This document shows, one piece after another, positions 15,841 through 24,927 of a DNA stretch of 64,000 nt. The notes under the pieces were generated by a model that saw only the letters and a list, made by a program, of their open reading frames with translations, did not search any database and was not told the DNA's origin. Every line of letters begins with the position of its first letter. Positions within the stretch are counted from its first letter, which is position 1. This DNA is from an uncultured Desulfobacterales bacterium (GTDB lineage: Bacteria; Desulfobacterota; Desulfobacteria; Desulfobacterales; CAJINA01), in NCBI GenBank assembly GCA_964647585.1, contig CAZYGG010000001.1, positions 99,373-163,372 of the forward strand. The letters are read 5' to 3'. The position numbers were made by a program, and so were the translations under genes.

Positions 15841-17754
15841 CTAAATAATCGACATACTTAAAACAAACCGCAAGGCTTCGCCCTCTTCGGTCTCAAGGAT
15901 TATCTTTTCTTTAACCTTGGGTTGCTTGAAAAGCGAAGATTTCTTTAGTCTGACAAGATACTCCGTAACATTTTTTTCGAAAAAACGACTGTTGCCGGAA
16001 ATCAGGCCCTCCAGGTTCAGCACCTTTCCGGACCTTTCTATTGTCTGCGACGCGACCGATCCCAGGATCGCCTGGATGCGGGTCAGTTTCACATTATCGG
16101 GTGTAACGGCAATGAGCTCGGCAATAAGCGCCGCGGGCATATGATAGCTGGCGGCGGCGGCATAAGCTTTCATTTTCAGAACGGTCTGACCGGTGACACT
16201 CGCCATAAGGTTACGATCCAGTCTCGGACTGTAGGCCTCAAGTTCCATTTCCAGGGGATTTGTTTTGGCCCTGATCGCACTTACCTTTTCAGTTTGATAG
16301 TAAAAAATACCCATAGCCATACAGAGCAGCCCGATAAACACGACATTGGCAACCAGGTTGAATCTTTTGGCAAAAACCTTTCTGGCTTTATGCACGTAAG
16401 TGAAAATGAAGTTGGGGGTGGTCTCATTTTCAGACAGGGCCATACCGGCCGCCGGAACGAAAATGTCTCCGGTCAACGCAGATTCACCGGTTGCATCAAT
16501 GGCGCTTGATTCCGGCAGGTTGGCGAATGGGTCCATGGACTCAACCTGCAGCCCCAATTGTTTGCCGATATAGCTGATAATACTTTTTTTGGAGCTCAAT
16601 TCCCCGGAAATATAGACATTATCGATAGGATTGTCGTCAAAATTAAGGCCAAAATGCTCAAGGGTCATCTCCACTTGCCGGATCACTCGATCCAGGGCCG
16701 GCTTGACCATTCCGAATACCAGTCTCTCTCTTTTCAGGTCAGGCAACGCACCCTCGACGGGCGGCCTTGTTTCAAGAAACGCTGCAAACAGTTTTTCCGC
16801 TCTTTTCAGATTGGGGCTGTTCTCAACCGTTTCCAGCAGAATCTCTGGTTCAGGTACGTCCAGGGTCAGGGTATCCTCGGACGAGTTGCTTTTGTTATCA
16901 AGGGTTTCCAGGATTGCCTGAACCATGCTCCGGGCTCCGGCCTTTATATCCCTCGACAGAATGAGCACATTTTTTGAAAATATGGCGATGCGCGACCAGT
17001 CCCGGCCAATAAAAAGCATGCACACGTTTTTCCCGGCGCTTTCGATCCATCCGGCCCTGAGCAGGTTTTGAATAGCGAACGGAACTATCGAAATCCCCTT
17101 GAGGGGCCAGCCGGCCTTGCTGAAAAGCTCCTCGGCTGCATTGATTTCACTCTTGGGGGCGGTATAGGCGACCACATTCGTCTTCTGCTCGCCGTCCGCA
17201 TAGGCGGTGTCAATTACCTGGAAGTCGAAGATCTGTGAATCGTCAATGGAGGTTTCTTTCTGGTAGGCCCATCTGACCGCATTGGGTATCTGCCTGACCG
17301 GCACTTTGGGTATCTGCAGAAATCTTGTTTCGACATCCGCGGAAGGGATGGTCGCCCACAGGGAGGGGGCCTTATATTTCCCGGTCAGTTCTTTTACCGA
17401 CCTTTTAAGCAGTTTGACAAACTCGACACTGCCCTTTTGCATGCCCGCTTCTAGGCCGATGCGCCTGATCTCAAGAAGTTTCTGTTCTTTTTCAGACAAC
17501 CGGTTCACGACCGCCAGGGTAATGTCGCTTTCGTTGATGTCTACGCCGACTTTTATGACCTTCTTTGAACGGCGCATAGCCGTTGTTTTGGCTTTGCGCT
17601 TGAACAGTTTCTTGCGGGCCGGTTGCCCCCCGTCTTTCCCTTTTGAGCCGGCACCCTTGTTTCTGATCAATTCGAGAAGTTTTTCAGTAGAGGTTATATC
17701 GTCTTTTTTAGCCAATTCTGCTCTCCAGAGGGCTCTGGTGCCGGTTGTTGACAC
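15841..17754 (-). CDS. Fused PilM-PilN type (MshI/GspL-like) pilus assembly protein
   Basis: The actin-like PilM signature IKVGVDINESDITLAVV is followed by TM FNLVANVVFIGLLCMAMGIFYY and a PilN-like periplasmic part. The GTG start at 17754 has no clear SD. An internal start (M60, nt 17577) is possible. Confidence 0.7.
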   Translation of the reverse strand: MSTTGTRALWRAELAKKDDITSTEKLLELIRNKGAGSKGKDGGQPARKKLFKRKAKTTAMRRSKKVIKVGVDINESDITLAVVNRLSEKEQKLLEIRRIGLEAGMQKGSVEFVKLLKRSVKELTGKYKAPSLWATIPSADVETRFLQIPKVPVRQIPNAVRWAYQKETSIDDSQIFDFQVIDTAYADGEQKTNVVAYTAPKSEINAAEELFSKAGWPLKGISIVPFAIQNLLRAGWIESAGKNVCMLFIGRDWSRIAIFSKNVLILSRDIKAGARSMVQAILETLDNKSNSSEDTLTLDVPEPEILLETVENSPNLKRAEKLFAAFLETRPPVEGALPDLKRERLVFGMVKPALDRVIRQVEMTLEHFGLNFDDNPIDNVYISGELSSKKSIISYIGKQLGLQVESMDPFANLPESSAIDATGESALTGDIFVPAAGMALSENETTPNFIFTYVHKARKVFAKRFNLVANVVFIGLLCMAMGIFYYQTEKVSAIRAKTNPLEMELEAYSPRLDRNLMASVTGQTVLKMKAYAAAASYHMPAALIAELIAVTPDNVKLTRIQAILGSVASQTIERSGKVLNLEGLISGNSRFFEKNVTEYLVRLKKSSLFKQPKVKEKIILETEEGEALRFVLSMSII

Positions 17755-17770
17755 CGGATGAGCGAATCCC

Positions 17771-17810
17771 TATAATTTGGTATAATTTTATATAATTTAC
17801 TATATTCACC
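17771..17810. repeat. Four phased 10-bp units (TATAATTTgg TATAATTTta TATAATTTac TATATTcacc)
   Basis: Direct reading of the sequence. It sits in the divergent spacer between pilMN and the histidine kinase gene. Confidence 0.8.
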
Positions 17811-18151
17811 ACAGTAATCAACTTTTGTCAAGGAATATCAACCGTTATACCCCCGGATCCGACTTGTTATGCGGGTTGTAAAACCCCCTGCAATGCAGGT
17901 GCAAAACAGAACTTAAACAATGGTACGGGCGTGCCTCTTTTGGCTTCCCGGCTGTATCGAAATCCCAAAACCACCCTTTTCGCGAGTGGTAGTTTACGCT
18001 TGCATGAGACATTGTTTCAATGTATTATTTAAGGCTATTGCCCGCTGAACTCGAAAACTGAAATCAGCGTTGTGCACAATATAGTGTAAATCCGTTCAAT
18101 TATATACGACTCTATTCACCGGGCAAGTGTTTCCTATAAGGGGGGGCCCTG

Positions 18152-20761
18152 ATGGGTGAGAATAAAAAAGTCCGTGTCTACCTGACCGATCACATGGTCG
18201 TACTCGGTTTCGTACTGACGATTGTCTACTGGGTATTGGACTCGATCCTCTACGTATTCTTAAGTTATGATGTCGATTTTTTCTATCATATCACCGGTTT
18301 GAATTTAAACGAGATTTGGACCCGCGTAATCGTCTGCTGCCTTTTTATAATCTTCGGCTCGCATTCGCAGTACACGATCAACAAACGGAAGGTCATTGAA
18401 AGGCAACTGCAGAAAAGCGAGGAGAAGCACCGGACAATTCTGGAAAATATAGACGACGGCTACTTTGAGATAAACAAAAACGGACGGATCACCTTTTTCA
18501 ACAACGCCCTGTGCAATATCCTGGGATACATTTCCTCTGAAATCCAGGATATTGACCAGGCGGCCATCTTCGATAAAGACAGCGCCGCCCGGGCCTACGA
18601 TAAGATTAACGATGTATGGGCCACCGGCAAGCCCGCCAACATCTTCGATCTGCTGATAACCCGCAAAGACGGGACCCCGGTATACACGGAAGCATCCATT
18701 TCGTTAATCCGTAACCGGGCCAATGAACCGATCGGCTTCAGAGGCGTGCTGCGGGATGTGACCGAAAGAAGAAAAACAGAAGCTCTGGAACAGGAAAAAA
18801 GCGCGGCCGAATACGCCAACAAGGCCAAAAGCGATTTTTTGGCCAACATGAACCACGAAATCCGCACCCCGCTCAACGCCATCATCGGCCTGACTGAACT
18901 GCTCGTCGAGACGGATCTGTCGGACAGACAGAAAGAGGACCTCAATGTTGTCCTGTCAGCCGCCCACTCCCTGCTGAACGTCATTAATGATATCCTTGAT
19001 TTTTCAAAAATCGAAGCCGGCAAACTGGAACTCGAAACAACCAATTTCAACCTCCGCAGCCTGGTGGAGGACTCGATCAAAATTGTGGCAACCAAGGCAC
19101 ATGAAAAAGGACTGGCCCTTGAATCCTGGATCGATCCCGAAGTTCCGGTGATGGTTGCCGGCGATCCGTTTCGCCTACGCCAGATTCTACTCAACCTGGT
19201 TGGCAATGCCATCAAGTTTACCGACAGTGGATCCATCACAACCAGGGTGACCTGCCGGGAGCAAAAAGACCGGTCGGCTGAATTTTTTATCACGGTTGCA
19301 GACACGGGCATCGGTATAGCTGCGGAAAACGTTGATGGCGTTTTCGGTGCATTTGAACAGGCGGATGGCAGCACCACACGAAAATATGGCGGCACCGGTC
19401 TCGGCCTGGCCGTCTCCAAACAACTGGTTGAAATGATGGCGGGAACTATTTCAGTTGAAAGCCAGGTCGGCCAGGGCAGCACCTTTGCTTTCACCGCCGG
19501 TTTCGGACTGGAAGAAGACACAAGGCTGCAAGACACATGGCCGGATAGCGACTTTTCCGACGAAAAACTCATGTTGATCGCTGGCAACGACACCACCCGG
19601 CAAATTCTTTCAGATACCCTTGACGCAATTATCAGCGCCGGGCACTTCACAACCCCCGACCTGACTGCTGCCCAAAAAGAGATCACGGCAGCGATCGGCA
19701 CCGGGGAACCCTACACCCTCGTCCTGGTTGATAATGACTATTCTGAAACCGACCTGCTGGACTTCTACAGTTTTCTGGGAAGCCTTGAGCCGGTGCCCGG
19801 GGTCATCTGTATGTTGCCGCTGGCGGGTAAAAGAATCGTTCCGGACCCTGCGGTGCTGACCGGTTTTACCACTATTGCCAAACCGGTTTTTCCCATAGAA
19901 CTGATTGACACACTGATTGCGGCCACTGACGCTGAAGCCGATGATTTTGACGACACCACGGCACGGACGCAACCGGCGGAACAAATTTTGCCGTCATCCG
20001 AACTGAAAATTCTCGTGGCGGAGGATACCCCCTTTAACCAGAAGTTCGTTGCCCGGCTGTTCGAACGCTGGAATCTGAATTCGGTTATCGTGGAAAACGG
20101 CCGGATAGCGGTCGATAAACTGGCTGAGCAACCGTTTGATATGGTGTTGATGGATGTCCAGATGCCCGAAATGGACGGCTTCGAAGCCACCCGGTTAATA
20201 AGGGAAAAGGAAGCTGAGAACGATCAGCCGCCTATCCCCATTATCGCCATGACCGCCTATGCCATGAAAGGCGACATGGAACGCTGTCTCGAATCCGGAA
20301 TGGACGGCTATGTCTCCAAACCGATATCCGCGGAACTGCTGAAAGAGGAAATTATCAAATTCTCCCCGACCGACCTTGTCCGGGAAGCCGCGGTGGCCCC
20401 TGCCCCGGCTGAGTCCCCTCTGAAGGATTATATCGACAATGAAAAACTCCTGCAGGCATTTGATGATGACATGGAATTTCTCGAAGAAGCGGTCGGTATG
20501 TTTTGCGAAGATTATCCGCCCATGATAGCAGCCATTGACAAGGCACTCTCGGCCGGGGACCATGCTGAACTGGGCCGTACGGCCCATGGACTCAAGGGAA
20601 TGCTCGGCAATTTTCAGGCCGATGAGGCTGTCGGACATGCATTTTCGCTTGAAAACATGGGAAAAAACAAAGAGTGTAACGGCGGCCGGGAGATCTTCAA
20701 AACCCTGGTCCAGGAAGTCAACAACCTTGAAAAGGCCTTGACCCGACTCATACAGGAATAA
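18152..20761 (+). CDS. Hybrid sensor histidine kinase (TM, PAS, HisKA, HATPase, REC-like, REC, HPt)
   Basis: H-box SDFLANMNHEIRTPLNAIIG, G-boxes DTGIGI and GGTGLGLAVS, receiver ILVAEDTPFNQ...MDVQMPEMDG...SKP, and HPt GRTAHGLKGMLGNF. Confidence 0.9.
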   Translation: MGENKKVRVYLTDHMVVLGFVLTIVYWVLDSILYVFLSYDVDFFYHITGLNLNEIWTRVIVCCLFIIFGSHSQYTINKRKVIERQLQKSEEKHRTILENIDDGYFEINKNGRITFFNNALCNILGYISSEIQDIDQAAIFDKDSAARAYDKINDVWATGKPANIFDLLITRKDGTPVYTEASISLIRNRANEPIGFRGVLRDVTERRKTEALEQEKSAAEYANKAKSDFLANMNHEIRTPLNAIIGLTELLVETDLSDRQKEDLNVVLSAAHSLLNVINDILDFSKIEAGKLELETTNFNLRSLVEDSIKIVATKAHEKGLALESWIDPEVPVMVAGDPFRLRQILLNLVGNAIKFTDSGSITTRVTCREQKDRSAEFFITVADTGIGIAAENVDGVFGAFEQADGSTTRKYGGTGLGLAVSKQLVEMMAGTISVESQVGQGSTFAFTAGFGLEEDTRLQDTWPDSDFSDEKLMLIAGNDTTRQILSDTLDAIISAGHFTTPDLTAAQKEITAAIGTGEPYTLVLVDNDYSETDLLDFYSFLGSLEPVPGVICMLPLAGKRIVPDPAVLTGFTTIAKPVFPIELIDTLIAATDAEADDFDDTTARTQPAEQILPSSELKILVAEDTPFNQKFVARLFERWNLNSVIVENGRIAVDKLAEQPFDMVLMDVQMPEMDGFEATRLIREKEAENDQPPIPIIAMTAYAMKGDMERCLESGMDGYVSKPISAELLKEEIIKFSPTDLVREAAVAPAPAESPLKDYIDNEKLLQAFDDDMEFLEEAVGMFCEDYPPMIAAIDKALSAGDHAELGRTAHGLKGMLGNFQADEAVGHAFSLENMGKNKECNGGREIFKTLVQEVNNLEKALTRLIQE

Positions 20762-20767
20762 CAGGGA

Positions 20768-21796
20768 ATGAATGTCCTGGTTGCCGAAGACGATACCATC
20801 ACCCGTAAACGACTGCAGCATTTTATAGAAAAGTGGGGTTACCGGGTTATTACCGCCAAAAACGGCCTGGAGGCCCTCGAGGTGTCCCTCTCCAGCCAAA
20901 CGGACATCCTGGTAACCGACTGGATGATGCCCGAGATGGATGGTATCGAATTGATACGCAACATCCGCAATGGGCCCAAATCCGCCTACATCTATATCAT
21001 CCTGGTAACGTCCAAATCCGACAAGCAGGATATCCTCGAGGGGCTGTCGACCGAAAAGGTCGACGACTATGTCATCAAGCCTTTTGACCCTGATTTACTG
21101 CGGGCCCGCATCAGTATCGGCGCCCGCACGGTGACCCTCGAAAGAACGCTGCGTAAATATAACGAGGGGTTGGAAAAACTGGTCCAGCACCAGACATCCG
21201 TCATCAAGAAGACCAAAGAGGAGACCATCCTCCGCCTGCTTACAGCCTTGGAATCGCGGGATAAAGAGACCGCCGGGCATGTCCGTCGCATAGCGCTTTT
21301 CAGCAGCCTGACGGCTGAAGCCGCCGGCTGGGTCCCTGACAGTGTCGAAGATATCCGCCTGGCAGCCCCCATGCATGATATCGGTAAAATCGGTATCCCC
21401 GACGCTATCCTGGGGAAAAAGGGTGAACTGAGCGAAGAAGAATTTGCTGTCATGAAAAACCACCCCACCATCGGCGCCCAGATTCTGGAGGGGTCGGAAT
21501 ACCCCATGCTGCAGATGGCCCACGGCATTGCCCTGGGGCATCACGAATGGTGGAACGGAAAAGGTTATCCGGACGGACGGACCGGCGAAGAAATCCCGGA
21601 AGCGGCCCGTATTGTGGCTCTGGCCGATGTTTATGACGCCCTCAGCAATGACCGGGTTTATGCCAAGGCGCTCCCCGCCGAAGAGGTCATGGCGTATATG
21701 TCAAAAAAACGAGGAACCCAGTTTGATCCCTACTTTTATGATGTTTTCGTGGACCTTATCCCTGAATTTGTTAAAATATCCGCTGAGAATCCGTAG
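20768..21796 (+). CDS. Response regulator with an HD-GYP domain (c-di-GMP phosphodiesterase type)
   Basis: Receiver VLVAEDD...TDWMMPEMDG...KP, followed by HDIGKIGIPD and HHEWWNGKGYPDG. Confidence 0.9.
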   Translation: MNVLVAEDDTITRKRLQHFIEKWGYRVITAKNGLEALEVSLSSQTDILVTDWMMPEMDGIELIRNIRNGPKSAYIYIILVTSKSDKQDILEGLSTEKVDDYVIKPFDPDLLRARISIGARTVTLERTLRKYNEGLEKLVQHQTSVIKKTKEETILRLLTALESRDKETAGHVRRIALFSSLTAEAAGWVPDSVEDIRLAAPMHDIGKIGIPDAILGKKGELSEEEFAVMKNHPTIGAQILEGSEYPMLQMAHGIALGHHEWWNGKGYPDGRTGEEIPEAARIVALADVYDALSNDRVYAKALPAEEVMAYMSKKRGTQFDPYFYDVFVDLIPEFVKISAENP

Positions 21797-21807
21797 GTGA
21801 GTAATCA

Positions 21808-21990
21808 GGTGTTCAGGTCGAAGGCTGAAGACTGAAGGAAAACCTCACGTGCCCTACCAAGGGCCTGTGAAACTTTTGTAAAAAATCCCGGGCAAGAGGG
21901 TGGCGTAAACCTATGGTACCCCGATTCAAGACGCAAAGCCTTACCGCTTTTAAGCTTTTACTTCAGACTTCAGTCTTCAACCTTAACCCC
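21808..21990. repeat. Word-repeat hairpin element, family C (CTGAAGA/CTGAAGG words)
   Basis: GGTGTTCAGGTCGAAGGCTGAAGACTGAAGG faces CTTCAGACTTCAGTCTTCAACCTTAACCCC with a ~110-nt core between them. Confidence 0.75.
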
Positions 21991-22066
21991 TTGATACGTA
22001 CTTTCAGACATAACTTAATTCCGCTAATATAGCCCTATTCCCAGGGAGATAAAGGAGGACACTTAA

Positions 22067-22519
22067 ATGCCCGACGGATTGGATGTCATAATCGTTGATG
22101 ATGATCCCGATGTCTGTGAAGTTTTAACCGAAATAGTCAAACGGTTTTATACCTGGGGAGAGGTTGTCCCCTTTTCAAATGCGGACAAGGCCATCGAATA
22201 TTGCCTTGCCAGAGAGACCGGGCTGGCAATCTTTATCGTCGATATCTTCATGGCGGGAAAGAGCGGCTTTCTCTTTCTGGATATGATCAGTGAGAAATTT
22301 CCGACAGCCCATGCGGACACGGTCCTCATCACCGGTAATGCCAATGATGATGTTGTCGATATGTGTGTCGCCTCAGAGGTCAACCACCTGCTGGAAAAAC
22401 CGGTTCGTCCCTACGCCCTGCAGCTGGCAGTCCGTTCAATCGCTTCCAAATACCTCAAGTTCGCAAAAAAACTGCTCCAGGACCCCTCTTTCGCGGAAAA
22501 TGTGGCGGGTTTCAAGTAG
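22067..22519 (+). CDS. Single-domain response regulator (CheY-like receiver)
   Basis: VIIVDDDPDV, FIVDIFMAGKSG, VLITGN and LEKPV match the receiver DD/D/T/K positions. AAGGAGG RBS. Confidence 0.8.
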   Translation: MPDGLDVIIVDDDPDVCEVLTEIVKRFYTWGEVVPFSNADKAIEYCLARETGLAIFIVDIFMAGKSGFLFLDMISEKFPTAHADTVLITGNANDDVVDMCVASEVNHLLEKPVRPYALQLAVRSIASKYLKFAKKLLQDPSFAENVAGFK

Positions 22520-22605
22520 GCGTTAGTTTCGAGCTAAACCCCTGCCTTAGGTGGAGGACCTGGCGAGGTTCTCGACCAATCCTGGGAAAAAAGACCAGAA
22601 GATCA

Positions 22606-22732
22606 AATATCCAACAAGGAATGTCCAATGTCCAAGTAAGGAAGCGCTGCGCGCTACTGGTTTTGAACTTTTCAAAACAGCAGGATACCTTACTTGAAAA
22701 TTGGACATTGGGCATTGGAAATTGGATATTCG
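22606..22732. repeat. Word-repeat hairpin element, family B (ATCCAACA/ATGTCCAA words) with nested inner stems
   Basis: AATATCCAACAAGGAATGTCCAATGTCCAAGTAAGG faces CCTTACTTGAAAATTGGACATTGGGCATTGGAAATTGGATATTCG. The core holds GTTTTGAA-ctt-TTCAAAAC. It lies between convergent genes. Confidence 0.8.
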
Positions 22733-22739
22733 CTTTTAA

Positions 22740-23687
22740 CTACGGACCGGTACTCAGCTTCCAGGTGCTTTCATAGAACGCTGCGCCGGATTGAGAGGGC
22801 CCTTTCTCCTCGGCAGCCGTAACAGAGATTCCCCGAGTACGGATACCCAGGGATTCCTGGGTCCCCCCGAAAGCGCCCAGACCGGCCCCCGCCGAATTCA
22901 TGGCCACATTCCCCAACGGCACCTCACTGGCGTATACCACGATCCGGTCTTCCCCGAACGGCGGGGTAACCTTTAAATCAAAACGGTCGCCCTCCCCCGG
23001 TATCTGGTATATGCGGCCCGCTTCGAACCGGTCCTGCTGCCGGTAGTCATTCGGCAGGAGCTGAATGATATCGCCGTTGGACGTAATATCGACAATCCGG
23101 GCGTAAAAATCCCGATTGCCCTGCATGTAAACCACAATGTGCTCGCCCTCACGGTACGCCTTTTGGGTCGTCCAGACCCGCACCGTTAGAGGGGCCCGGG
23201 GATCAAGGTGAGTGGCTGACAATTTATCCGACTGGCTCCCGGTGTCAGGCATATCCGCCGGTTTGATGCCATACTCGACTTCGGCCTTTATCCACACGTG
23301 ATACCGGGTATTGTCCACAACCCCCAGATCCTTCATCTCGAGAACGGTCACAGTCCCATGGCTTGTGCCCTTTATCCGGTCCTGGGTGACTTCGAAATTT
23401 TCAACAGTCGTGTTGGATTCAATATAGGTTTTTGCTCTTTCAACTGCCTGCCGCTTGGCCGTGGCAATGGCCGCGTTCCTGACCTGCTCCAGTGTCATTG
23501 TCTCCGAAAGATACGCGTATCCATCAACTTCATGGATACTGGACCGTTTTTCTTCATCCGGAACAACGGAAACACCGCGAAACTGCTGGGCATGGACATT
23601 GACCGCCAGCACCAGAAACAATATAATGGTTATGGCCAACCAACGTCTTTTTTCCCGTTTCTGTAATACGGACCATTTTTCCTTCAT
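22740..23687 (-). CDS. Secreted protein with a DUF4384-like C-terminal domain
   Basis: Signal-like WLAITIILFLVLAVNVHA. YREGEHIVVYMQGNRDFYARIVDITSNGDIIQLLPN fits the DUF4384 pattern. Confidence 0.6.
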   Translation of the reverse strand: MKEKWSVLQKREKRRWLAITIILFLVLAVNVHAQQFRGVSVVPDEEKRSSIHEVDGYAYLSETMTLEQVRNAAIATAKRQAVERAKTYIESNTTVENFEVTQDRIKGTSHGTVTVLEMKDLGVVDNTRYHVWIKAEVEYGIKPADMPDTGSQSDKLSATHLDPRAPLTVRVWTTQKAYREGEHIVVYMQGNRDFYARIVDITSNGDIIQLLPNDYRQQDRFEAGRIYQIPGEGDRFDLKVTPPFGEDRIVVYASEVPLGNVAMNSAGAGLGAFGGTQESLGIRTRGISVTAAEEKGPSQSGAAFYESTWKLSTGP

Positions 23688-23787
23688 GGTACCCTCCGAT
23701 TAAAAAATTTTAGTCAGCCTTTAAAACCTGGACTTCAAATTCAGTTCAGAGAAAATTGGCTATGACGTGAAAATTGGCGACCAGTGC

Positions 23788-23906
23788 CTAAAGTGAACTA
23801 AAGTTTGAAGTGAACTAAAGTTAAGGAATCCTGCCAGTTTGATTCAATCAGTGGAGCGCAGCGACGCATTAACTTTAGTCACTTTAGATCACTTTAGTCA
23901 CTTCAC
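23788..23906. repeat. Word-repeat hairpin element, family D (CTAAAGTGAA words)
   Basis: CTAAAGTGAACTAAAGTTTGAAGTGAACTAAAGTTAA faces TTAACTTTAGTCACTTTAGATCACTTTAGTCACTTCAC. Confidence 0.8.
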
Positions 23907-23974
23907 TCTCATCGGTTATGAGTTGTAAGCCCTTCCAGGGACAACTCAAAGCCTGGCCCTCTATGCCTGATTCT

Positions 23975-24664
23975 TTACTTCTTTATCAATACCATACTTC
24001 TTTGCTCATTCAAAACCGGCAGCCGGTAGGTCACCATACGGATAGTATCCCTTCCGAAAAAACCGTCACCTTTTTCAGCCAGCCGGCGGCACTCCTGCTC
24101 GGCCCGGGCAACACGCCCCTTAAGCGCCACAACCGTCCCGCCAGCTTTGAGCAGGGGAAACGCCAGTTCAATGATCTGATCAATCCCGGTCAGCGCCCGG
24201 CATATGATCCGATCAAAAAACTCGCCATAACCCGCCTGTTCTTTCAGTTCCTGGGCGCGGATATGCCTGGCAGCCACGTTATTAAGCCCCATCAATCGCA
24301 GGGCATGCTGTAAAAAACTTATCTTTTTGCCGACACTGTCAATCATCAGCATGCTTTTCGGTTGCGCGGCGACCGCGACCGGGACTCCCGGGAATCCTCC
24401 GCCGGTGCCTATATCCAGGATGTCCGCACCGGCGGGCAGGTAAGGTACGCAAGCCAGGGAATCCACATAGTGCTTGATGGCCATCTCAACCGGATCACTT
24501 ATCCGGGTAAGGTTTATCTTTTTATTCCACTTTATAAGCTCGTTCGCATGGGAGGCCAGGTTTTCAAGCTGGGAACCGGTTATTTCAATTCCCAATTCCC
24601 CGGCACCCCTGGCAATCAATTGCCCCCATTGCCCCGCCCCCTGAACGTTATGATGAGCAGCCAC
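23975..24664 (-). CDS. rsmG: 16S rRNA (guanine527-N7)-methyltransferase
   Basis: LIKWNKKINLTRI and ILDIGTGGGFPGVPVAV are typical of GidB/RsmG. Confidence 0.85.
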   Translation of the reverse strand: MAAHHNVQGAGQWGQLIARGAGELGIEITGSQLENLASHANELIKWNKKINLTRISDPVEMAIKHYVDSLACVPYLPAGADILDIGTGGGFPGVPVAVAAQPKSMLMIDSVGKKISFLQHALRLMGLNNVAARHIRAQELKEQAGYGEFFDRIICRALTGIDQIIELAFPLLKAGGTVVALKGRVARAEQECRRLAEKGDGFFGRDTIRMVTYRLPVLNEQRSMVLIKK

Positions 24665-24813
24665 CTATAAAAGCCTTTTTGTCGGGCGTCTTGTCCGGCG
24701 AAGCTTTCGTAGCGAAGACGGAAGCTCAAAAAGCGAAAACTGATCGGCCCGACTGCTGCGTTGGGCGCTCAATCCAAATCCACCAGTGTTGCGTCTCATA
24801 AAGCTCCTTACTC

Positions 24814-24866
24814 ATTTGAATTTTGAATTTGTTTCGAACTTCGTGCTTTGTATTTTGGATTTAGTT
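24814..24866. repeat. Family G repeat copy (TTGAATTT/TTCGAA words)
   Basis: TTTGAATTTTGAATTTGTTTCGAACTTCGTGCTTTGTATTTTGGATTT is near-identical to the reverse complement of 47745-47795. Confidence 0.7.
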
Positions 24867-24927
24867 GTCCCCCTGAACCCCTGATAGAACTTTGAATATT
24901 TGTTTACTTTATTTGCGAGACACGACA

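Noticed and set aside
17889-17904. Sigma-54-like motif TTGCAC-CTGCA-TTGCA on the minus strand upstream of pilMN
   Set aside because: The near-invariant -24 GG is TG here. The spacing is right but the core dinucleotide is missing, so I do not call it a promoter.
17985-18005. TGGTAGTTTACGCTTGCAT as a plus-strand sigma-54 promoter for the kinase gene
   Set aside because: The GG-to-GC spacing is two nt too long relative to the -24/-12 consensus.
18595-19701. 368-aa minus-strand ORF, and the 234-aa ORF at 20195-20899
   Set aside because: They are antisense to the hybrid histidine kinase and HD-GYP genes. The sequences are Ser/Arg/Pro-rich shadow translation.
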